Shown: one piece after another, positions 55,598 through 64,000 of the stretch | How positions within the stretch are numbered: the stretch's first letter is position 1 | How the letters are laid out: every line of letters begins with the position of its first letter | Assembly: GCA_031553915.1 (NCBI GenBank) | Contig: JAVBKT010000009.1 | Span: 12,520-76,519 of the forward strand | Source: Bacillota bacterium | GTDB taxonomy: Bacteria > Bacillota > Dehalobacteriia > UBA4068 | Length of the DNA stretch: 64,000 nucleotides | Reading direction: 5' to 3' | Translations under genes and position numbers: made by a program | The notes under the pieces: generated by a model | Databases searched by the model: none | Told to the model about the DNA's origin: nothing | The model's input: only the letters and a program-made list of their open reading frames with translations

Positions 55598-58489
55598 CTA
55601 TTGATTGTTGACCAATTGCTGAATATAATTTTCCACCTGCTGCATATATTCACCATAGCCTGCCCAGTCGCCGTTCCTTTGCGCATTCAGCGCATTATCC
55701 AGCGCCTCTTGCGCTAATTGGGCAAGATCACTGGTGCCGGAGGGAAGATTGGTGGACGGTTCATCCGGCCCTAAGCTAGGATCTTCAGGATCATCGCCAC
55801 CAGGCTCGCTTTCTTCATAGCCACTGCTGGCGCCGGCGCCAAACATCGAATCCAAAGCCTCGGCCAAAGTTTCTTCATAGGCTATCCTCTCATTATAGTA
55901 GAGGATAATCCTTTTCACTTCCGGCAGTGAGGAGCTGGCGCTCTCCAGATAAATAGGCTCAACATAAATCAGCGAATTTTCAATGGGGATAACAAACATA
56001 TTGCCCCTGGTGTAGGTAGAACCGGCGCTGCTCCACAGCGTAAAGTCCTGGGCAATCTCTGTATGCTGGTTAATCCGCGCCTCTATCTGACGCGGGCCGT
56101 AAATGACGCGGTCTTTAGGCAGCTGGAACAAAATCAGCTCCCCGTAATGATCGCCATCGCTCCTCACCATCAGCAAGGCTGTCATATTATCTTTGCCCGA
56201 TGGAGTATAGGGAATGGACGTCACAAACTCCGCGCTATCCTCACCGGGTATTTTCATAATATAGTAGGTTGGCGTCATTGCCTGCTCAGTAGTGCCATAA
56301 ATCTCCTTAGCAATAGCCCAGCCGTCCTCGTTCTGATAGAACATATTAACATCAGTCATATGATATTTGGTATAGACCTCAGACTGAATGGCAAACAGGG
56401 TATTGGGATAACGCAAATGCGCCTGCAAGGCTTTTGGCATGTCACCGATATCCTTGAACAAAGCCGGATAAATTTTCTGCAAAGTCATGGCAATCGGGTC
56501 CTGATCATCGACAATATAAAAGCTGGTATCGCCATTATAAGCATCAATAACTACTTTAACAGAATTGCGGATATAATTAATGCCAGTAGCGACATCATTA
56601 ACCTTGTACGGTTCAGAATAAGGATAATATCCGGAGACAGTATAGGCATCGATAATCCAATAGAGGCGTCCGTCAACAGTGACAATATACGGGTCGTCAT
56701 CATAGCTGAGGAAAGGAGCAATAGTCCGCACTCTGTCCATAATATTGGTGTTGATAATAATCTTAGAATCGCTATCAATATTGCTGGAAACAAGCAATTT
56801 CAGGCTGCCTTCGCGAATAGAGAACAGGATGCGGTTCAAGAAGCTAAGATGAATACCGGCATCACCGTCATATTCAGTATAGACATTATTGTCTTCGCCG
56901 GATGAGGGGTAATCGAATTCTTTTTGGTCAGTATTAACGACAAGATAGGTATTGTCGCTCTCACCAAAATAAATAGCCGGCTGGGTAATGTCAATTTCTT
57001 CTACATCAGAGACAGGCGGGATGCTATCAATCAGCATATCCGGCTGGCCGCTTTCTGTTACCTTATCCACGCGGGAAAGAGTGATGCCATAGCCGTGGGT
57101 ATAGATCAGATGACGGTTAAGCCATTGATCTGTGATTTGCGCTCCATTAAGCTCGCGCGCAGCCAGGAAGGTCTGCGTATATTCGCCATTGACCATATAG
57201 CGGTCAACATCAACATCATTAAACTGGTAATAAAGACGTATGCTCTGCGTCTGGTTATAGAACTTGAGCGCAGGCTCATAGTCATTGATGCGGATATTGG
57301 ATATTGTGCCCATATTATTGACAATATCAGCAGAGGTAAGGGTGTTATTGGCAGCAAAATCCCTGATCTTAATATCCTGCAAATCATAGGCATAACGCGT
57401 GAAGGCAATATTGTTAGCCAAATACTCGCTTTCCTTATTCAGTTCATCAGGGGAAACTATCAGCCCCTGCACTGCCGCGCCAATAACGCCGCCCAAAATA
57501 GAAACAGCAATCATCAGCACCGGCACTGCCAAGACAGTTTTCAAGCGTCTTTTGTTCAAACCAATCACAAACATCACTGCCCCGGCAATAGCCAGTACAA
57601 TCAGCAGGCGGTATACCCATAAAGAAATATTGATATCCGCATAGCCTGCGCCGTATACCACACCGGAGCTGGAGGTATAGAGCAAGGTAAACTGTTTGAG
57701 GAAATAATGCATGGCAATCATCAAAAACAGCAATACGCCCAGCACCCGGAATTGCTTACCGGCGATACCGAGCAAGCGGCCCAGGGTATCACGGTTAAGC
57801 TGGCTTTGCCCCCGGCGCTGATTAGCAAAGGGGCTGTTGCCCTGGTTGCCCTGGCCAAACATATTACCAAACATGTTGCCAAAAGGAGATTGTTGCTGTT
57901 GTTTGGGTTCTTCGCGCGGTTCTTCTGCTTCCACTTCGTCAAAGAAATGCGGCTTGCGGTATCTAAACAGCACCAGATAGAAAATAACATTCACCAGCGC
58001 AAAACCAAGAATGATCGGAATCAGCAAGCTGTTGACCGCAGAAATAAACTCCAGTCTGAAAATATAAAAACTGACGTCATAGCCAAAGATGGGGTCAGCA
58101 ATGCCAAAATCCGTACTATGCATGAACTGCAACATCTCAAACCAGAGATTGTTGGCGACAGCGAAAGCGCTGATCAAAGCAAAGACGCCACTGATGGCTG
58201 CGACAATGCCATTTACTTTTTTCTCAGTGCCCAGCAAATCATAGCCGCCAATTTTTTTATAATAGCCGCGCTTCATCGCCATCAGATAAAAATAGCAGAT
58301 GACAAAAATGAGCGCAAAAATTGGCAAGCCATAGAGCAGCTTGGTGGTTATTTCTTTGAAGAAAACACTGACATAGCCCATTTCCCTAAACCAAATCCAG
58401 TTAGTGAAGAAATTGGCCAAAGCCAGAAATAGCACGATAAGCAGCACAATACCGCCGATCAATAAGATTTTACCTTTTCTGGTTTTCAA
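55598..58489 (-). CDS. UPF0182 family large membrane protein
   Basis: 963 aa. The N-terminal TM block with FTNWIWFREMGYVSVF matches the UPF0182 signature, and a large extracytoplasmic domain follows. Confidence 0.75.
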   Translation of the reverse strand: MKTRKGKILLIGGIVLLIVLFLALANFFTNWIWFREMGYVSVFFKEITTKLLYGLPIFALIFVICYFYLMAMKRGYYKKIGGYDLLGTEKKVNGIVAAISGVFALISAFAVANNLWFEMLQFMHSTDFGIADPIFGYDVSFYIFRLEFISAVNSLLIPIILGFALVNVIFYLVLFRYRKPHFFDEVEAEEPREEPKQQQQSPFGNMFGNMFGQGNQGNSPFANQRRGQSQLNRDTLGRLLGIAGKQFRVLGVLLFLMIAMHYFLKQFTLLYTSSSGVVYGAGYADINISLWVYRLLIVLAIAGAVMFVIGLNKRRLKTVLAVPVLMIAVSILGGVIGAAVQGLIVSPDELNKESEYLANNIAFTRYAYDLQDIKIRDFAANNTLTSADIVNNMGTISNIRINDYEPALKFYNQTQSIRLYYQFNDVDVDRYMVNGEYTQTFLAARELNGAQITDQWLNRHLIYTHGYGITLSRVDKVTESGQPDMLIDSIPPVSDVEEIDITQPAIYFGESDNTYLVVNTDQKEFDYPSSGEDNNVYTEYDGDAGIHLSFLNRILFSIREGSLKLLVSSNIDSDSKIIINTNIMDRVRTIAPFLSYDDDPYIVTVDGRLYWIIDAYTVSGYYPYSEPYKVNDVATGINYIRNSVKVVIDAYNGDTSFYIVDDQDPIAMTLQKIYPALFKDIGDMPKALQAHLRYPNTLFAIQSEVYTKYHMTDVNMFYQNEDGWAIAKEIYGTTEQAMTPTYYIMKIPGEDSAEFVTSIPYTPSGKDNMTALLMVRSDGDHYGELILFQLPKDRVIYGPRQIEARINQHTEIAQDFTLWSSAGSTYTRGNMFVIPIENSLIYVEPIYLESASSSLPEVKRIILYYNERIAYEETLAEALDSMFGAGASSGYEESEPGGDDPEDPSLGPDEPSTNLPSGTSDLAQLAQEALDNALNAQRNGDWAGYGEYMQQVENYIQQLVNNQ

Positions 58490-58702
58490 AATAGAAAAAC
58501 TCCTTTCTTAATTGCAGCTAGTCTTCTCAACAAAACAGCGTTGCTCATCTCAAAACTTAAATAATAATGATTATTATATCATCATCTCACCCTTTTGACT
58601 AGTGGTAGCCATAAGAGTTAGTAAACAAAAACAGCGTGTTACCTTTTATAATATTACCTAAATATGAATTACCTATTAAATACGACAAAACACGCAGCAA
58701 AG

Positions 58703-58735
58703 AAAAACTGAGCCGCTTAGAGGCTCAGCAAGTGT
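58703..58735 (-). terminator. Terminator of the che operon (ctgagcc/ggctcag plus a T-run on the minus strand)
   Basis: Stem-loop with an A-run on the plus strand upstream. Confidence 0.65.
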
Positions 58736-58766
58736 ATTAATTATGTTTAGGCTTATACTAGCAAGC

Positions 58767-59759
58767 TTATTTCCAGACAAAATCGCTAATCGCAGCGGAA
58801 ATCATCTGCAGCGGCAGCTGTTTTTCCACTGCTCCTAGATCAAAAGCTGCTTTAGGCATACCATAGACAATTGAGCTTTGTTCATCCTGACCAATAGTAT
58901 GGCAGCCTTGCTCATACATCATTTTCAAGCCCTTGGCTCCGTCTTTGCCCATGCCCGTTAAAAGAATCCCCAAAGTATTGCTATTACCGGCATAGTGCCC
59001 CACAGAATCAAATAATATATCTACGCTGGGGCAAATAGGGCTGCCGGTAGTGTTTTCCACACAGCTGACCCCATATTTGCCGCCGGCAGAGGTCAAGGTC
59101 ATATGATAGCCGCCCGGCGCAATATAAACATGGCCAGCAATCAGCATATCGCCATTGACTGCCTCTTTAACCGAAAGGCGGCACAGCGAATTAAGCCGCT
59201 CCGTAAAGGAGGTGGTAAATTTAGGCGGCATATGCTGGGCGATAACGAGCGGCGGCATTGCTGAAGGCAGGTTTTTGATCACAGTTTCAATGGCCTCTGC
59301 GCCGCCGGTGGACGCGCCAATAGCAATCAGCTTATTGCTGGCAATGGCTACCTTGTCCTGGTTAAAGTCTTCCTGGTTAATGATAGCCCTGATTTTGGCG
59401 CGGATCAGATTAAAAAACAGCTCGGTGCCCTTGGCATCTGTTTCCTTGGGCTTATCAAAAAAGGTAACTGTTTTAATTTGCTCTGCACTCTCGCGCATCT
59501 TTGGCTCGGAGCTCATCATAATCACCGGCAAAAAATATTGCGGCAATAATTGCTGGATAAAATCAATACCATTCATCCGATCCATAAACACGTCGACCAA
59601 AAGCACATCCGGATGAAACTGTACTATTTGCCGGCTGGCCTCAAAGGGGTCGGCAGCCTTGGCCACCACCTTAATATTAATATCCTTTTCCAGCTCTTTA
59701 TGCACCAGCTCGCGCATAAACAGGGAATCATCAACAACAATAACTTTAACCGGTTTCAT
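58767..59759 (-). CDS. cheB: Chemotaxis response regulator protein-glutamate methylesterase
   Basis: N-terminal REC domain (KVIVVDDS…) plus a C-terminal CheB methylesterase domain (GASTGG, catalytic-serine region). Confidence 0.9.
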   Translation of the reverse strand: MKPVKVIVVDDSLFMRELVHKELEKDINIKVVAKAADPFEASRQIVQFHPDVLLVDVFMDRMNGIDFIQQLLPQYFLPVIMMSSEPKMRESAEQIKTVTFFDKPKETDAKGTELFFNLIRAKIRAIINQEDFNQDKVAIASNKLIAIGASTGGAEAIETVIKNLPSAMPPLVIAQHMPPKFTTSFTERLNSLCRLSVKEAVNGDMLIAGHVYIAPGGYHMTLTSAGGKYGVSCVENTTGSPICPSVDILFDSVGHYAGNSNTLGILLTGMGKDGAKGLKMMYEQGCHTIGQDEQSSIVYGMPKAAFDLGAVEKQLPLQMISAAISDFVWK

Positions 59760-60598
59760 TATTTTGCCACCTTTCTGTATACTGATGGCATCACATATTC
59801 AAGACCAGAGCCACTATGGTCTATTGTCTCGGACATGCCAATAAAGAGATAGCCGCCGTCATCCAGAACATCATAAAACTTTTTGACTAAGCGGAGTCTC
59901 GTTTCCTCATCAAAGTAAATCATCACATTGCGGCAAAAAATAAAGTGGAAAGGCTGCTTAAAAACAAAAGGATCTTTGACCAAATTAAGCTTACGGAAAA
60001 TAACCTCTTCTTTAATATTCGGCGCAATCACCACACTGTCCGGGTCCTGCGGATTGGCGATAAAATACTTCTCTGCCCAGCACGGGTTCAGGTCTTTAAT
60101 ACTATCCTTGGCATAGGCGCCGACCAAGGCCTTTTGCAGGGCAAAGGTAGAAATATCTGTAGCCAAAATCTTGGCGTCCCAAAAGGGACGGTTAATCCCC
60201 AAAAAATCCGCAACAATAATGGCCAGGGTATATGGCTCCTCGCCGGTGGAGCATCCTGCGCTCCAAATACGCAAATCCCTCTTGCTTTTTTCTTTTTCAA
60301 ACAAATAGGGCAAAACCTCGCCCGCTACCACATCAAAATGAAATGACTCGCGATAGAAAAGCGTATAATTGACAGTAAGCCCATTAATAAAATCAGAAAC
60401 AGCTACGCCGGAGATATCGCGACAGACAAAATCAAAATACTCGGCAAAGGTTGAGAAATGATTTTCCTTCACCAACCGTTGCAGGCGCATTTGCACAAAA
60501 GTCTTTTTCGCTGTGAGGTCAAGGCCAAAGTTGACCTTGACAAAATCTATCAGAGAGGCAAACTCTTCATCTGTTATTTGCAGCATGGCAACAGGCAT
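59759..60598 (-). CDS. cheR: Chemotaxis protein methyltransferase
   Basis: LTVNYTLFYRE and RIWSAGCSTGEEPYTLA motifs. The start was chosen after the AAGGAG SD. Confidence 0.85.
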   Translation of the reverse strand: MPVAMLQITDEEFASLIDFVKVNFGLDLTAKKTFVQMRLQRLVKENHFSTFAEYFDFVCRDISGVAVSDFINGLTVNYTLFYRESFHFDVVAGEVLPYLFEKEKSKRDLRIWSAGCSTGEEPYTLAIIVADFLGINRPFWDAKILATDISTFALQKALVGAYAKDSIKDLNPCWAEKYFIANPQDPDSVVIAPNIKEEVIFRKLNLVKDPFVFKQPFHFIFCRNVMIYFDEETRLRLVKKFYDVLDDGGYLFIGMSETIDHSGSGLEYVMPSVYRKVAK

Positions 60599-60608
60599 AT
60601 CCGGCTCC

Positions 60609-61076
60609 TTATCCCAAACAATAACAAAAACGCAACTGTAACTCTTGAGCGGTTGTAACCACAACAAAAACAAACAAGCCCTGGCTTTCAGTCTGCATGG
60701 CCAGACAAAGGTCGCCATCAGGAGCGCTAATCTCGCTAAATGTGCTCTGCTCTGAAGAGAGCCGGACTATATTTGCAGCGTAAATATTCAAAAACTCCGC
60801 TAAAACCGCCTCTGCATTAATCGCCAGATCAAAATTATAACGGCTGGTGAACAACTCTACCACACCGTCAATCTCGTCTTTTTTCAGCAACAATAAAAGC
60901 TTTCCCATATATCCGCCAGAAAAGCTCAGCGCTGCCATAATCTTTTCATCCGGCAGCAAAGAAAACTGATCTTTAACAACAATATCCGTGGCACTGATAT
61001 TAATACCAAAGATATTCTTCATCGTTTGTTTGGAAAGATCCTCAAATACTTCAATAGCAACAGCCATGACACCCAT
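60609..61076 (-). CDS. CheX/CheC-like chemotaxis phosphatase family protein
   Basis: 155 aa CheC-like fold pattern (ATDIVVK…FSGG) located between cheY and cheR. Confidence 0.55.
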   Translation of the reverse strand: MGVMAVAIEVFEDLSKQTMKNIFGINISATDIVVKDQFSLLPDEKIMAALSFSGGYMGKLLLLLKKDEIDGVVELFTSRYNFDLAINAEAVLAEFLNIYAANIVRLSSEQSTFSEISAPDGDLCLAMQTESQGLFVFVVVTTAQELQLRFCYCLG

Positions 61077-61119
61077 CCTTAAATATTATAATAAATAATA
61101 TTAGCAAATATGGAGAATA

Positions 61120-61476
61120 TTACATGGCCTCTATGATTGAAATCAGGCCGCTTTCATCAAAAGGCTTCACTACAAAACTTTTTGCCCCTGATAAAATTGC
61201 CTCCTTGACATATTTCTCCTGCCCTAAAGCAGAAACCATTACTACACTCGCATCAGCGTCAAGGGCTATAATCTCTTTTAAGGCAGCGATACCATCCTTG
61301 TTTGGCATCGTAATATCCATCGTCACCAGATCAGGCTGAAGCTCCTGATAAAGGCGCACAGCTATCTCTCCGTCCTCAGCTTCGCCAACAACGTTATAGC
61401 CATTCTTTTCCAGCATTCCTTTGATTAAAACGCGCATAAAAGTGCCATCGTCAACGATCAGTACTTTTTTGCTCAT
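61120..61476 (-). CDS. cheY: Chemotaxis response regulator CheY
   Basis: Stand-alone REC domain: DDGTFMR, phospho-acceptor MDITMP and K-containing VVKPF. Confidence 0.9.
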   Translation of the reverse strand: MSKKVLIVDDGTFMRVLIKGMLEKNGYNVVGEAEDGEIAVRLYQELQPDLVTMDITMPNKDGIAALKEIIALDADASVVMVSALGQEKYVKEAILSGAKSFVVKPFDESGLISIIEAM

Positions 61477-61673
61477 ATGACACCCTCCATAAAGTCTCAG
61501 ACAATAACATTTTCATTCTAGCATAAATTTTTTGAGTATTCAATAGTGTCAAAATAAAATCTAATACTAACAACCCCTATCTATACATACATATTCTTAC
61601 TATTTAATAGGTTGACTGTACTATAAAAAAATTGTATAATTTGTATAAAAATAAAGTGAGTGGGGCGTATATT

Positions 61674-63524
61674 ATGAAAAACATCAAGCTTTCCTCAAAA
61701 ATGATTATCAGTTTTGCGATCCTCACAATTTTTACCATTGGTATTGTCATCGGCGGTATTTTTGGCATTACACAGCTCAATAAGGGTGTCAACATGCTCT
61801 ACGAAAATGTCGTTGTCGGCATGGAGCATATCAACCGCATCAAAACAAATATCCTTGAGCAAAGAGTGCTGGTGCAGCAATATGCCGATAATATTGTTGA
61901 CACAGCAAAAGCTGCTGAAATAAAAGAACAAATTCAAACTAACCTAGAAACCAACGAAAAAAATATTACTGATTATCAAGAGAATGTGGTACAAAGTACT
62001 ACTGTTGTGGCAAACGGCTTATTGGATGAAGCAACATTGCAAGAGCTGTTGGATATGGTAGATCAGTTTGTGGTGTTAAACGATGACTATTTTAGTACCA
62101 CCCTTAGCGCTATCATTGCCAAACAAAGTGTGACTACCGAGGAAATCAGCAGTTTTCTTAATAGCGAAAATTCGCAGCAAATGATGGACCTGCTTAATAT
62201 CGCCTCCAATTTCTATATCGCGCAATCAGAAAAGAGTGTGACCCTTACCGACAGCAGCAGCAGAATGATTAATATCCTTATCTATGTTGCGCTGGCTATT
62301 TACCTGCTGGTTGCCGGGCTGCTGATTGTGCTTATCCCCCGCAGCATCGCTAAACCGATCCGCCATCTGATTAAGGTTGCTGATGCTGTGGCAGTTGGCG
62401 ATATGAGCAAAAAGGTTAATGCTAAATATAGCTCCCGCAAAGATGAGGTGGGTATGCTGGCTGAGGCTCTGAACAGGATGCAGCTGGAAATTAACCGCCA
62501 AATCGAATTATTAGAGGCTCTTGCTAGAGCTGACCTGACTATTACCCCGCAGCTGCGCAGCGAGCAGGATACAATGGGCAAAGCCCTGATCTCTTTGAGC
62601 GAAAGCCTTAATCAGGTGGTTTCTGATGTCAGTTTTTCCACAGAAAACGTCACAAAAGAGGCCAAGCTGGTGGCCAGCCAAAGCCAAGAGCTGGCGCAAG
62701 GCACAACCGAACAGGCTGCCTCGGTAGAAGAGCTGTCCAGCGCCTTTTTCCAGATTTCCTTGAACACCAAAGAAAGCGCTAACCTGGCCAGCAAGGCTGC
62801 TAGCGTTTCCGATGAGGTTAAAAACAAAGCTATTGAAGGTTCGCAGATGATGAGCCAAATGATTCAGGCTGTGCAAGACGCTGCGACTGCCAGCAAGAGT
62901 ATTGATAAGATTATTAAAGCCATTGAAGAGATTTCCTTCCAGACCAATATCTTAGCTTTGAATGCGGCAGTAGAGGCCGCCCATGCCGGGCAAAACGGCA
63001 GCGGTTTTGCTGTTGTGGCTGCAGAAGTGCGCAGCCTGGCCTCCAAAAGCGCAGCCTCTGCCAAAGAAACAAGTATCCTGATTGCCAATACCCTGGATAA
63101 GGTCAACTTGGGCGCAGAGATTGCCGGTGAGACCTCTGATTCATTCCAAAAAATTGTTGACGGTGTCATGGAATCAACTAAAATGATTACTGATATCGCC
63201 AAGTTTTCCGAAGAACAAGCCTCTGCTATTGACCAAATCAATAGCGGCATCGGCCAGGTTGCCCAGGTTATACATATTAATAGCAGCGCTGCGGAAGAAT
63301 GCGCGGCAGCAGCGGAGAAATTGAGCTCCCAGGCTAAGGCTATGGAGCATCTGCTTTCCCGTTTCCGCAGAAAAGACAGTGACAACAACATCATTCACGG
63401 CCGCCGCGATGATGACGCGATGTCCTCTCCGTCAGCAAAAATAATAGCTGACCCTGATTTCAAAATTGATCTTTCGCCGACCATGCCTCCCTCTATTCCC
63501 AATGATGATTTTGGCAAATATTAA
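61674..63524 (+). CDS. Methyl-accepting chemotaxis protein (sensor domain, HAMP domain and MCP signalling domain)
   Basis: TM1, periplasmic region, TM2 and HAMP domain, then an MCP signalling domain with QTNILALNAAVEAA. Confidence 0.9.
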   Translation: MKNIKLSSKMIISFAILTIFTIGIVIGGIFGITQLNKGVNMLYENVVVGMEHINRIKTNILEQRVLVQQYADNIVDTAKAAEIKEQIQTNLETNEKNITDYQENVVQSTTVVANGLLDEATLQELLDMVDQFVVLNDDYFSTTLSAIIAKQSVTTEEISSFLNSENSQQMMDLLNIASNFYIAQSEKSVTLTDSSSRMINILIYVALAIYLLVAGLLIVLIPRSIAKPIRHLIKVADAVAVGDMSKKVNAKYSSRKDEVGMLAEALNRMQLEINRQIELLEALARADLTITPQLRSEQDTMGKALISLSESLNQVVSDVSFSTENVTKEAKLVASQSQELAQGTTEQAASVEELSSAFFQISLNTKESANLASKAASVSDEVKNKAIEGSQMMSQMIQAVQDAATASKSIDKIIKAIEEISFQTNILALNAAVEAAHAGQNGSGFAVVAAEVRSLASKSAASAKETSILIANTLDKVNLGAEIAGETSDSFQKIVDGVMESTKMITDIAKFSEEQASAIDQINSGIGQVAQVIHINSSAAEECAAAAEKLSSQAKAMEHLLSRFRRKDSDNNIIHGRRDDDAMSSPSAKIIADPDFKIDLSPTMPPSIPNDDFGKY

Positions 63525-63564
63525 TCACCCTGCCGGTGTTTGTTAAAAAAAACGGAGGTCTACT

Positions 63565-64000
63565 TTGGACACAAATGCGAAAAAAATACTGGTTGTCGAT
63601 GATACTGCCTTTATGGTAGCTGTTATCTCCGCTGCGCTGCGGGGCGAGGGCCACGAGGTCAGCACGGCCAGCAGCGGTGAGGAAGCGCTGGAGCTTCTCA
63701 AAACCATTAAACCTGAGCTGATTCTGCTGGACGGGATTATGACCGGCATGAGCGGCTATGAGGTTTTATCTGTTTTGCGCAGCGATTTCCGCTATAATCT
63801 AACCCCTATCATCATGCTGACCGGCCAATCTGATGATGAAGAAAAGTTTAAAAGTCTGGAAATGGGTGCGGACGACTATATTGTCAAGCCCTTTAACAAC
63901 CGAGAGCTAGTGGCGCGTGTACGCAATACCCTGCTGCGCCTGGAGCGCAGCCGCGGCGCTAACCCCCTGACCGGGCTGAGGGGCAATAATGATATTGAAA
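63565..64000 (+). CDS. Response regulator with N-terminal REC domain and the start of a GGDEF domain (PleD/WspR-like); 3'-partial at the window end
   Basis: TTG start after the AACGGAGG SD. REC motifs VVDDT and LLD. NPLTGL marks the beginning of a GGDEF domain at the window edge. Confidence 0.75.
   Translation, partial: MDTNAKKILVVDDTAFMVAVISAALRGEGHEVSTASSGEEALELLKTIKPELILLDGIMTGMSGYEVLSVLRSDFRYNLTPIIMLTGQSDDEEKFKSLEMGADDYIVKPFNNRELVARVRNTLLRLERSRGANPLTGLRGNNDIE

Noticed and set aside
56063-57622. Two plus-strand ORFs (280 and 232 aa)
   Set aside because: Both are antisense to the 963-aa UPF0182 gene, with Ile/Asn-rich low-complexity translation typical of antisense AT-biased frames.
1-64000. 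tRNA, rRNA, IS element or integron search
   Set aside because: No cloverleaf-compatible segments, rRNA-like conserved blocks, transposase or integrase ORFs, or terminal inverted repeats flanking a transposase were seen in any intergenic or coding region.

Overview
This is a 64 kb chromosomal segment from a Firmicutes-type anaerobe with roughly 50% GC. It carries S-layer-homology (SLH) proteins, flavodoxins, a collagen-like spore-surface protein and a Che cluster. It is densely coding on both strands, with several conspicuous AT-rich non-coding gaps, and I found no rRNA, tRNA or CRISPR. The window has five notable regions. (1) Positions 1-12.5 kb form a same-strand block downstream of a 5'-partial Crp/Fnr-family regulator. 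Four copies of a palindromic operator, TGTAAC-N4-GTTACA, precede four transcription units in this block: an SDR oxidoreductase, amidohydrolase-2, MATE efflux pump, Ca-type P-type ATPase, aldo/keto reductase, PNPOx-like flavoprotein and SnoaL-like protein. The block also contains duplicated modules of small DUF2316-like proteins and OB-fold-plus-metallo-beta-lactamase (MBL) lipoprotein pairs, and one MBL copy is split by an in-frame TGA. (2) Positions 12.7-15.8 kb hold a cytoplasmic PLP-dependent decarboxylase of group II (histidine-decarboxylase-like) followed on the same strand by an orphan holin and a signal-less CHAP endolysin. This may be a holin/endolysin-dependent export cassette or a lysis-module remnant. 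(3) Positions 17.4-26.7 kb carry cell-surface genes: an SLH beta-helix repeat protein, an SLH-PstS-like protein, a BclA-like collagen protein with an esterase and an HxxxD acyltransferase, plus a candidate antisense sRNA promoter opposite a frameshifted ribbon-helix-helix (RHH) ORF. (4) Mid-window are a hydantoinase and uroporphyrinogen-decarboxylase-family pair, two DUF3793-flavodoxin pairs, a GGDEF protein, an EIIC-EAL fusion, an Fpg-like protein lacking the catalytic Pro2, MtnA and an arginine deiminase. (5) The 3' end holds a chemosensory cluster (CheY, CheX, CheR, CheB, a methyl-accepting chemotaxis protein) followed by a REC-GGDEF response regulator, suggestive of Wsp-like chemosensory control of c-di-GMP. 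All calls come from reading the translated ORFs and the DNA; no database searches were run.
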